In this document: in pieces, positions 1-7,388 of the stretch
Layout: each line of letters starts with the position of its first letter
Position numbering within the stretch: the first letter of the stretch is position 1
Source of the DNA: an uncultured Candidatus Peribacteria bacterium
GTDB lineage: Bacteria; Patescibacteriota; Gracilibacteria; JAUYGZ01
Direction: 5' to 3'
DNA: 64,000 nucleotides
Assembly (NCBI GenBank): GCA_964352145.1
Contig: CAYGQA010000001.1
Coordinates: 152,617 to 216,616 of the forward strand
Translations under genes and position numbers: made by a program
Notes under the pieces: model-generated
The model's input: the letters and a program-made list of their open reading frames with translations, nothing else
Database searches by the model: none
What the model was told of the DNA's origin: nothing

Positions 1-214
1 CGGCTTCTTGTAGTGTTTCTGCTCCTTTTTTGAGCTGTTCCCAGCTTGCACTAGCTTCGCTACTAGTCGGTACTTGTAGTGGTTTACCAGTTGCATCTGT
101 TTTCAGGGTTCCTGATGAGATCTTATAGTTGGTACCCTCAGGAGTATCTAGGAAGAGGAATCTTTTAGCGATGAGACTCATAGAGGCAGTAAAAATTGGA
201 AAATTTGGAAGCAT
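1..214 (-). CDS. hypothetical protein (C-terminal part lies beyond left window edge)
   Basis: Stop-free minus-strand frame from ATG 212-214 (second in-frame ATG 179-181) down to position 1. A consensus-like promoter lies just upstream. Absent from the supplied track because incomplete. Confidence 0.35.
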   Translation of the reverse strand, partial: MLPNFPIFTASMSLIAKRFLFLDTPEGTNYKISSGTLKTDATGKPLQVPTSSEASASWEQLKKGAETLQEA

Positions 215-240
215 GGTTTGATAATTATGTTTTAGCTTGA

Positions 241-269
241 TTTATACCTTAGATTTTTATAGTTGTCAA
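241..269 (-). promoter_or_regulatory. sigma-70-type promoter (TTGACA-17-TATAAA)
   Basis: Minus strand reads TTGACA (269-264), 17-nt spacer, TATAAA (246-241), about 27 nt upstream of ATG 214. Confidence 0.5.
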
Positions 270-283
270 TATTTAACAACTTA

Positions 284-1477
284 TTAAGACTGTAAATATC
301 CTGCATATTCTGATTCAAGTCTGTCGATATCATCGATGAGATCTTGTAAGAATGCTTTTTCTTCAAGGCTTGCCTGTTCTCTCATGCTGTAACCAAACAT
401 TATCTCAAGCTTGCGAATGTAGAGCATCGCAAAGGCACGATAGTTTTCAGTAATCGTCTCAAGTGCAATCGTAGGAATTCCTACTCTTTTTGAATCATAT
501 ATATTATTGAGCTTGAAAACTTTTTTATAATCATCATGGAGACTATCGAGATGATCCTGACCTGAGGAATCAACTAATGGCCTGAGTTGATCTATCTGAG
601 TATTGATTTCTTTTAATGCTTCTCGAGACAGAGGCCACTCTCCTGCTATAAGTTTTCTTAGAGATTCTGTCGTTTGATAGAGCATAGCTCTTGGGCTTTT
701 TTCTCTCTCTAATCTCCTCATATTTTCTTCTCCCTGTTCTAAGATAAAAAGATGCCTTCTTACTCCTACATGAGCATCTGGTAGTTTACGCAATTCACGA
801 GTCATAGTAGCTATGCGGACTCTCACTTTTTGATACTCCTCTAAGACTTCTACTATATGATCCAAGGCTAAGCTTTCCAGGACCTCATATCTCACTGTCG
901 CATACTTCCAATCAATGAAGAGTTCTTCTAAGTTTGTCTGGAGCTCTGGAGAGATTCCTGAAGGGAGAGGGGTGTTGTCGGTGCTAGGAGCAGGAGTGCT
1001 GTTTAAATCAGTACTTTGGATTGGAGATGGTGGAGGATTTGTTTGTGAACCTGAGCTACTTGCTGCACTCGTATTGTTAGCTTCTTGTGGCACCTGCGGG
1101 GGACTGCTTGGTCTTACTTTTTGAGCTGAAGTTGATTGAGCTGCGAGTGCATGTCCTATTTCAACTCTTTGAGACTGCTGTTGTAATCTCAATGTAAGCA
1201 GTATTTTTGTTATTCTTCCGAGTTCACGACTTTGATCTGTACTCAAAGGTCCCCTAAGTTGTGCTTCTAGGAGATGTAACAAGTTGGAATAAAATGCTTG
1301 TTGCTCTTGATCCAGAGTACCACTCGCTAATAGCTCTTTAAGTCTTTGGATTTTTACTTGCTGAGCAGTCTTCACTGCTTCTTCTCGAGACATGCTAAAT
1401 CGTTCTCTTTCTGCATTTTTAAGTGCTTCCGAAAGATCTTGATGACTAAGAGATGATAATGAAGACAGTTCACTCAT
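284..1477 (-). CDS. hypothetical protein, helical ends with central S/P/Q/T-rich low-complexity linker
   Basis: 397-aa ORF. Central segment SSPPQVPQEANNTSAASSSGSQTNPPPSPIQS. No signal peptide and no recognised family motif. Confidence 0.6.
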   Translation of the reverse strand: MSELSSLSSLSHQDLSEALKNAERERFSMSREEAVKTAQQVKIQRLKELLASGTLDQEQQAFYSNLLHLLEAQLRGPLSTDQSRELGRITKILLTLRLQQQSQRVEIGHALAAQSTSAQKVRPSSPPQVPQEANNTSAASSSGSQTNPPPSPIQSTDLNSTPAPSTDNTPLPSGISPELQTNLEELFIDWKYATVRYEVLESLALDHIVEVLEEYQKVRVRIATMTRELRKLPDAHVGVRRHLFILEQGEENMRRLEREKSPRAMLYQTTESLRKLIAGEWPLSREALKEINTQIDQLRPLVDSSGQDHLDSLHDDYKKVFKLNNIYDSKRVGIPTIALETITENYRAFAMLYIRKLEIMFGYSMREQASLEEKAFLQDLIDDIDRLESEYAGYLQS

Positions 1478-1495
1478 GCTAAAATATTAGTATTC

Positions 1496-1523
1496 ATTAT
1501 ATTTTATATTTGTCAAAAGTCAA
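1496..1523 (-). promoter_or_regulatory. sigma-70-type promoter (TTGACT-16-TATAAT)
   Basis: Minus strand: TTGACT (1523-1518), 16-nt spacer, TATAAT (1501-1496). Start codon at 1477, implying a very short 5' UTR without SD. Confidence 0.5.
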
Positions 1524-1563
1524 CAACAAGCTTAGTGCTTCTTGAGTCATTAGCTCCAACCTA

Positions 1564-1591
1564 TTGACAATTATAAATTTTAATCTATAAT
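1564..1591 (+). promoter_or_regulatory. sigma-70-type promoter (TTGACA-16-TATAAT)
   Basis: TTGACA 1564-1569, 16-nt spacer, TATAAT 1586-1591. It lies 22 nt upstream of ATG 1614. Confidence 0.55.
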
Positions 1592-1613
1592 ATTATTCTT
1601 ATTTCTCAGTACT

Positions 1614-2729
1614 ATGGCAGAAACTCATAGCAAACCAGAATCACAAAAAAAGCAGCTCTCACTGGCTTTCTTTAATGAACTCCCTACAAAAGTTCAACAA
1701 GCTAGCCAATCAGGAAAGAGCCTGGACGAGATATATAGAGAACTAAGTACATCTTTAGAAATTTTTTGGCGTGATCAAATGGGCCACCAGACTCCAGTGC
1801 CTGAACGATTTAAGGATGTCCTAGCAAAAGTTATTCAGCATTCATTTCCAAATTTTAAAGTGTCTGAAGTAGTAGCTACCCAACGAGTTCAAGTGCAGCA
1901 ACAACTCAGCACTACTGGTTCAGCTGTCCAAGCACCAGTATCTACTCCTCCTGTTCAAGCCTTACAGCCAGCCCAAGCTCCTGAGCAAGTTGCTTATGAC
2001 CCTGAGCTATCCTACGAATGGCAGCGAAGAAACTTTGAAAAACTGGCTCAATTGAGCTATTCGGCTCCTCGATATGCACAGACCCGTCACCTGTATGGGG
2101 TGTATGAACGCATTGCTGATCCGAGGTACCGTGGTGACTTTTTCCAAGAAGTTTTCAGAATCTATCCTGATGCGGATATTAGCGCTCGTCTCGATGCCAA
2201 ACTTCAAACAAGCTTGCCATATACTCCTGAAAAAATGATTCGCTTCATAGCTGAACCAAATCTACTGGAATACATCTATAGAGCAATTGCTGACCTCTAT
2301 GAAAATGGACTCGCTACAAACTATGACCTCAATCATATAGATCCTGAATATGATGGGAGACAAGTTGGTGTAGCAACTCTCTCATTAGTCAGCAAAAGTG
2401 ATGTTAAGAAGGAATATGCCAATATAGTAGAAACTTTGCGAGATGAATTTGCTATCACAGATTTAGCTGGCCTCCCAAACATCGGAAAGGCTCGTTATGG
2501 ATTGAGAGATGTCCTCTCCAAACAAGGAGCTTTAGATGGGAATATCGCTGATATGTATCTCGACATCGCACTCGTGAATATGCAGGTACTCCTAGATGCT
2601 CTGAGGAAAAAAATTGTTATCCAGAGTTTGGACAAGAGATGGTCTATAGCTCCAGGACGTGTTTTGAAGTGTTATGATCGTCCACATGGCAAGCTAGAAG
2701 ACATATGTCTGACAGATACAGCGTCATAA
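1614..2729 (+). CDS. hypothetical protein
   Basis: 371-aa ORF with a Q/P/A/V-rich linker (QQQLSTTGSAVQAPVSTPPVQALQPAQAPEQ). No recognised motif. Confidence 0.6.
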   Translation: MAETHSKPESQKKQLSLAFFNELPTKVQQASQSGKSLDEIYRELSTSLEIFWRDQMGHQTPVPERFKDVLAKVIQHSFPNFKVSEVVATQRVQVQQQLSTTGSAVQAPVSTPPVQALQPAQAPEQVAYDPELSYEWQRRNFEKLAQLSYSAPRYAQTRHLYGVYERIADPRYRGDFFQEVFRIYPDADISARLDAKLQTSLPYTPEKMIRFIAEPNLLEYIYRAIADLYENGLATNYDLNHIDPEYDGRQVGVATLSLVSKSDVKKEYANIVETLRDEFAITDLAGLPNIGKARYGLRDVLSKQGALDGNIADMYLDIALVNMQVLLDALRKKIVIQSLDKRWSIAPGRVLKCYDRPHGKLEDICLTDTAS

Positions 2730-2730
2730 C

Positions 2731-2759
2731 TTGACAACCTTTCACAAACAACGTATATT
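2731..2759 (+). promoter_or_regulatory. sigma-70-type promoter (TTGACA-17-TATATT)
   Basis: TTGACA 2731-2736, 17-nt spacer, TATATT 2754-2759. ATG at 2784. Confidence 0.55.
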
Positions 2760-2783
2760 TCTTTCTTCTTAAATTCAACACCC

Positions 2784-4307
2784 ATGCCAACTACACTCGA
2801 AGACCTCAACTTAAATACTCCTCCTCTAGAGGAGCTAGAAAATCATGCTTCTGAAGCTCAAGCTGAGCAGCTTAGAATCCATGATAATGCTGGCTTTGTT
2901 GAAAACCAGGTACTTGAAGTAGCTGATGCAGTAGATGATCTCGTATCTGCTAATCCAAAGAAGCTTGAAGCGACTCAAGAATGGATGAAGGCACTGAGTG
3001 CTGCACGTGCAATGACAGAGCAGATCTTCGATGATATCCCTGGAAAAAATGCCGTTGAACAAGAACGATCAACCCTCACTCAAATTGAACGAGACTTACT
3101 TCCTACTATCCCAGATAATTCTGAATATCCTGATAATGAAGCTCGCTTTTCTGAACTTAAAAGAAAGCTCACAGGACTTTTTGAATCTGGGGAAATGACC
3201 AGTAAAGCTGCTGTTCTTATCCTCTCTCAGATTTCTGAGACTATCAAAAAAGCTATTTCCGAGACTGATCGCATTAGTGATGAGGATAGTCAAAATCTTG
3301 TGAGTGATGAACTCATGCAGGCACTTTCCGAGCTTTACCAAAAGCACCAGGAGATGGTCATGACTGCAGATCAACTCATATCAGTAGCAAAATCAATTCT
3401 TTCTGTTGAACTTATAGCTGAATTAGAAAAAATAGAGGCTATAGAGCAACTCCTCAAAGACATCACAGAAGGAAGCACACCATTGCCGAGAGCTACTCGA
3501 AAACGAATAGAAATCAAAGAAGAGCTCCAACAACAAGACTGGTATATGTCAGCAAGAGCAGAAATATCAGCAAGTATGGTAAGGAAAGACAATCGTGATT
3601 CTTCAGATGCTCGTGCAGAAGTTGAAGATCTCTTTGCAGAACTCGAAGAAAGCCTCGACCAAAAAGTAGAAGAAGAAATCGCAAAACTCTGGCAAGATCT
3701 CAACCCAAATGCTCCAGGGAATAGAGCTGAGATACTCGCTGCTCTCTATACAGCCCGAAAACGAGCTGAAATAGTGGCTAGCTCACTTCGTAAGACCCTA
3801 AACCTGGCAACAGGTGTAGAAGAAGCTGACAGCTACCTCTCCGTAGAAATCATGGACATCCTCGAAAAGGCAGACAAAGATCCTGATGAACTCGAACGGA
3901 TCCTCAATGAAGCGATGACGATCCAGACTCAAGTCGTAGAAATACGTGCTGCGATCAAGAAGATTGGTGCAGGTGAGGTACACCTTGGACATCGAGAATT
4001 AGCAAAAGCAATCGAAGATTATGAATTCACCAGTGAGTTTGTAGATGGATCTAACTCTAATGGATCTGGTGGAACACCTCCAAGCGGAGGATCTGGTAAT
4101 GCACCTGCTGCTGCTGCTCAGAGCTCAGCAAGTACTCCTGCTAGCGGAACTCCAGCTCAAAGCTCTCCAAGCGCTAGTCCGGCTGCTGCTCCAGGAGCTC
4201 CAGCTGCGCCGGCACCTGGAAATCCAAATGCTCCTCAAACTCCAGCCCAAAAGAAAGCTGCTAAGAAAAAGAAGAAAGGAAATGGAGCTAGCGGAGGAGG
4301 GAACTAG
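2784..4307 (+). CDS. hypothetical acidic coiled-coil protein with A/P/S-rich and K-rich C-terminal tail
   Basis: 507-aa ORF. The long E/D/L/K-rich helical body ends in GSGGTPPSGGSGNAPAAAAQSSASTPASG...KKAAKKKKKGNG. No recognised family. Confidence 0.6.
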   Translation: MPTTLEDLNLNTPPLEELENHASEAQAEQLRIHDNAGFVENQVLEVADAVDDLVSANPKKLEATQEWMKALSAARAMTEQIFDDIPGKNAVEQERSTLTQIERDLLPTIPDNSEYPDNEARFSELKRKLTGLFESGEMTSKAAVLILSQISETIKKAISETDRISDEDSQNLVSDELMQALSELYQKHQEMVMTADQLISVAKSILSVELIAELEKIEAIEQLLKDITEGSTPLPRATRKRIEIKEELQQQDWYMSARAEISASMVRKDNRDSSDARAEVEDLFAELEESLDQKVEEEIAKLWQDLNPNAPGNRAEILAALYTARKRAEIVASSLRKTLNLATGVEEADSYLSVEIMDILEKADKDPDELERILNEAMTIQTQVVEIRAAIKKIGAGEVHLGHRELAKAIEDYEFTSEFVDGSNSNGSGGTPPSGGSGNAPAAAAQSSASTPASGTPAQSSPSASPAAAPGAPAAPAPGNPNAPQTPAQKKAAKKKKKGNGASGGGN

Positions 4308-4325
4308 AAAAGATAAAAAAGATAT

Positions 4326-4355
4326 TTAAAAAAGGCCCTCTGGGCCTTTTTTTAT
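4326..4355. terminator. bidirectional intrinsic terminator between convergent genes
   Basis: AAAAAAGGCCC-TCT-GGGCCTTTTTTT: a 5-bp GC stem (4334-4338/4342-4346) with an A-run on one side and a T-run on the other. Confidence 0.7.
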
Positions 4356-4373
4356 TATTTATATTTTGAGTAT

Positions 4374-6545
4374 TTAGCTTCCAGTGCTGGTCGCAGCATC
4401 ACCTGCTGACCTATTCAAATCTTGTTGCAATGATTCAGGCACATTTAATTCACCTGCTGGGATCAGACTTGCACTTGCATTGGCATTCATAGCATCAGCA
4501 AGTATTTGAACAACTTCCTGAAGACTTTCAATTTTCTGTGAAAGAGATGATATTTGTGTACTCTCGGTTTGCTGACCTTGAAGCTCTTGAGTTTTATTTT
4601 GTTCTGCTTCTTGAGTTTTTCTTTTAGCCTGTAATTCTCCAGCTAATTCACCAATGAACTCAATCGGCCCCTCTGACTTTTTTGCTGCTTTTGGTTGAGC
4701 ATATGAAGTCCCTACAGGTACTTGAGTAATAGCCATGAGATATTTGTAGATCTCTTTATTAGAGTTTTGAATCTCTTTTAGTAAGGGGTGTTTAATTAAT
4801 ATTTCCTTCTCTGATAATTCCCTTAGATTTTTTAGATCTTCTAATAGATCCATAAGCTGACGGCCTTCACTATCATCCTCGAACCCTGCCAAAAACTCTT
4901 TCATTTTCTTTTTATCTATCCCTCGGATCGTCTCCTGCGCCTCCTTCACTTTCTGCTTTTCTTGGAGTTTTTTTGCCTCTTCTTTTGCCTGTAGTTCAAG
5001 CATCAGCTCAAGAGCTTCGGGATTCACCGTTTGCTCGTAGAGTGATTTCAACACTCCAGCTGGTACTGGTTGCTTGGCATACTTTTCGTTGAGTCCATAG
5101 ACTCGTTGTACTCGCTCCAAGGCTTTCATAGCTTCAGTAGCTCGATCCATCACTTTTTGAGCTTCATCCATCGCTTTCTTAGCATTTGTACGCTCTGCCT
5201 CAGCTCCATCTTCTTTATTATTCACTCTCATCTGAGCGAGAGCCATTTGTTGAGTCATATCACTCATGATGCTTTTTGCGTCTTTTACTTTCGCTTCGAG
5301 AGCCATGAAGTTGGTATCAAAACTACTCTTCATAGCAGAGATATCTGAGCTATGAGCTGAAAGCATGTTTACCACTCGGTCCAGCTTCCCTTGCTGTTTT
5401 TCCAGCTTCTTTTCAAGCACTGCTTGAGTAGCATGTTTTTCTTGTCCATCTGTGTCTACCATAGGGAGACTGACCACGGTTTTTTCAGCAACATTTCCAG
5501 AGACCACCGCATTTCTTGGTGCTATTTCTCCCTGTTCAGACTTCACTACGCGTCCATCAATGATAGCGTTTTTTTGAACGCGAAAAGGGGTTGTTGTTTT
5601 GAATTCATAGAGGAACTGTCCTTTAGTAAGAGTGACAGTCCCTTTTTGAATGAGATCTTTTTGAAGGGAGATAGTCTTTAAACGGTCTTTGTGTTTATTT
5701 TCAAAAATCTGTAATCCTGGAAGTATTCTTTGTGTTAAATAGCCTGCTAAACCAATTGAAAGCAGGTTAGCTGTTGCCCCTACAGCAGTAAACCCTAAAG
5801 ATGTTGCTCCAATTATAGTAGAGACCAATGAGCCTTTTTTTGCAGTTAACCAAAGTTGTTTTATCCTACTTCCTTTTTCTTCAGCAGTCTTTTCAAGAGC
5901 CTCTATGTGATTCACTTGAGACTTTAAGAGTCCCAGTCGTGTCTGAGTTAAGTTTCGTGCTTGTTCGAGTGTCTTTACACGTCCAGTGAGTTCATTTGTT
6001 CGCATCAACTGATCTTTTTTGAGTCCCATTGACTCTACTACGTCAGCTAAGTTTTTATAAAAATCTGCTTCGTTGTCTGCTTTTTCATCAGAAGTCCCAT
6101 CATAATTTTGAGCTGTTTCGCTGAGTGTATTTAAGACATCTCGAGCAGTATCAGTTACTTCTTTATCTGCCGAAAGAGGGGATTGCTGTAAATCGCTTAT
6201 TCTGTTCCAAGTGTTTTTAGCGGTCATAGATCCCATGCGTCCCACCAAAGCCTCCATAACTGCTTTTCTTTTATCTGAATCAATTTTTCTACTAGTAACG
6301 ACTTCTTCTAGATTAATATTTACCCCCTCTAATTCATTTAAAAAAGAAAAGGCTTCTTTAAACTCCTTAGGGTTGTCGATCACGTATACTTGACCGACTT
6401 TTTCCATCAGACTTTTGCTGCTATCAGCAGTTTTGATCTCTTCTTGATCCTCTAGACCCCTATTTGAAGTATTTAGACTACTCTTGAACAGCAGACGTTT
6501 CGTGAGGAGTTCTTGAGATTTGAGATGGGTTTTTTTTATATTCAT
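4374..6545 (-). CDS. hypothetical coiled-coil protein with one long (bilobed) hydrophobic segment
   Basis: 723-aa ORF. Its single ~35-aa hydrophobic stretch is LVSTIIGATSLGFTAVGATANLLSIGLAGYL, flanked by long helical E/K/Q-rich regions. No family recognised. Confidence 0.6.
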   Translation of the reverse strand: MNIKKTHLKSQELLTKRLLFKSSLNTSNRGLEDQEEIKTADSSKSLMEKVGQVYVIDNPKEFKEAFSFLNELEGVNINLEEVVTSRKIDSDKRKAVMEALVGRMGSMTAKNTWNRISDLQQSPLSADKEVTDTARDVLNTLSETAQNYDGTSDEKADNEADFYKNLADVVESMGLKKDQLMRTNELTGRVKTLEQARNLTQTRLGLLKSQVNHIEALEKTAEEKGSRIKQLWLTAKKGSLVSTIIGATSLGFTAVGATANLLSIGLAGYLTQRILPGLQIFENKHKDRLKTISLQKDLIQKGTVTLTKGQFLYEFKTTTPFRVQKNAIIDGRVVKSEQGEIAPRNAVVSGNVAEKTVVSLPMVDTDGQEKHATQAVLEKKLEKQQGKLDRVVNMLSAHSSDISAMKSSFDTNFMALEAKVKDAKSIMSDMTQQMALAQMRVNNKEDGAEAERTNAKKAMDEAQKVMDRATEAMKALERVQRVYGLNEKYAKQPVPAGVLKSLYEQTVNPEALELMLELQAKEEAKKLQEKQKVKEAQETIRGIDKKKMKEFLAGFEDDSEGRQLMDLLEDLKNLRELSEKEILIKHPLLKEIQNSNKEIYKYLMAITQVPVGTSYAQPKAAKKSEGPIEFIGELAGELQAKRKTQEAEQNKTQELQGQQTESTQISSLSQKIESLQEVVQILADAMNANASASLIPAGELNVPESLQQDLNRSAGDAATSTGS

Positions 6546-6665
6546 AGATTTTAGCTGAAGGCTTGAAGCGGGAAGCTAGAAGCTGTTTTTATTGTTGATG
6601 TTTGTTTTCTTTGAATTTGTATAATTGTTTCTTGAATGAAAATTGGAAATTGAAAATTCGAAAAT

Positions 6666-7124
6666 TTACTTCTTCAGCTTATTCCGAATCTCATCTACCT
6701 CCGCCCCCTCCTTTTTCCCCGCTCTCATCTCCAGCTCTTTAGCAGTCGACACTTCGACATGCTCACAAGCAGCTTCGATCTCTTTGATCGCTCCTTGAGC
6801 AGCCTCAGTCAGCTCTTCACTAGCAGTCTCTAGCTGACTTTCAAAAGCATCCAGTTGCTGTTGGACTTTTTCAGCTTCGCGAAGAAGCCCTTCTTTGTAC
6901 TGTTTGAGGAGTTGTTGATAGCCTTCGTAAAGATTAAGATTGAAGCTTCCTTGAGCGATAGCATAGAGGAAGACCGCTTTATCAGCCTCTTCTATCGGAC
7001 TTAGGGCGATCTCTGCAGCTATCTCACCGATATTTTCTGCTGCTAGATCAGCACTCTGAGCTTCTTTCAGCTGAGCCTTTTTAAGGTCTTTTTTCTGAGA
7101 ATTTTTTTGTGGTTTTTGAGTCAT
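6666..7124 (-). CDS. hypothetical small coiled-coil protein
   Basis: 152-aa ORF, K/E/A/Q-rich and helical. No motif recognised. Confidence 0.5.
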   Translation of the reverse strand: MTQKPQKNSQKKDLKKAQLKEAQSADLAAENIGEIAAEIALSPIEEADKAVFLYAIAQGSFNLNLYEGYQQLLKQYKEGLLREAEKVQQQLDAFESQLETASEELTEAAQGAIKEIEAACEHVEVSTAKELEMRAGKKEGAEVDEIRNKLKK

Positions 7125-7185
7125 TTTTATTTTTTATTTCTCTATATTATAGCATATTTTTGTGGCTTAAGGAAGGGGGGGGTAA

Positions 7186-7238
7186 GGAGAATTGGGAGAA
7201 TTGGGAGGATTGGGAGGATTGGGAGGATTGGGAGGATA
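7186..7238. repeat. 9-bp tandem repeat (GGAG[A/G]ATTG, about 6 units)
   Basis: Direct reading: ggagaattg ggagaattg ggaggattg ggaggattg ggaggattg ggaggata. Confidence 0.9.
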
Positions 7239-7265
7239 AGTATCCATCTAAAATTCTCTCCTCAT

Positions 7266-7345
7266 AGGAGAGATCCCGCCACGCAAGTGAGCGGGAGAGA
7301 GGTTCAGGAGAGATCCCGCCACGCAAGTGAGCGGGAGAGAGGTTT
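7266..7345. repeat. 40-bp direct repeat x2, each with an internal hairpin
   Basis: aggagagatcccgccacgcaagtgagcgggagagaggtt occurs twice back to back. It contains the hairpin tcccgc-N11-gcggga. Confidence 0.9.
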
Positions 7346-7346
7346 C

Positions 7347-7388
7347 GCCCTTGGCCCTTGTTATTTGGCCCTTGGCCCTTGTTATTTT
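7347..7388. repeat. 21-bp direct repeat x2 overlapping the ATPase stop codon
   Basis: gcccttggcccttgttattt(g/t) occurs twice. The stop codon of the 7382..10144 gene lies inside the second copy. Confidence 0.85.
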
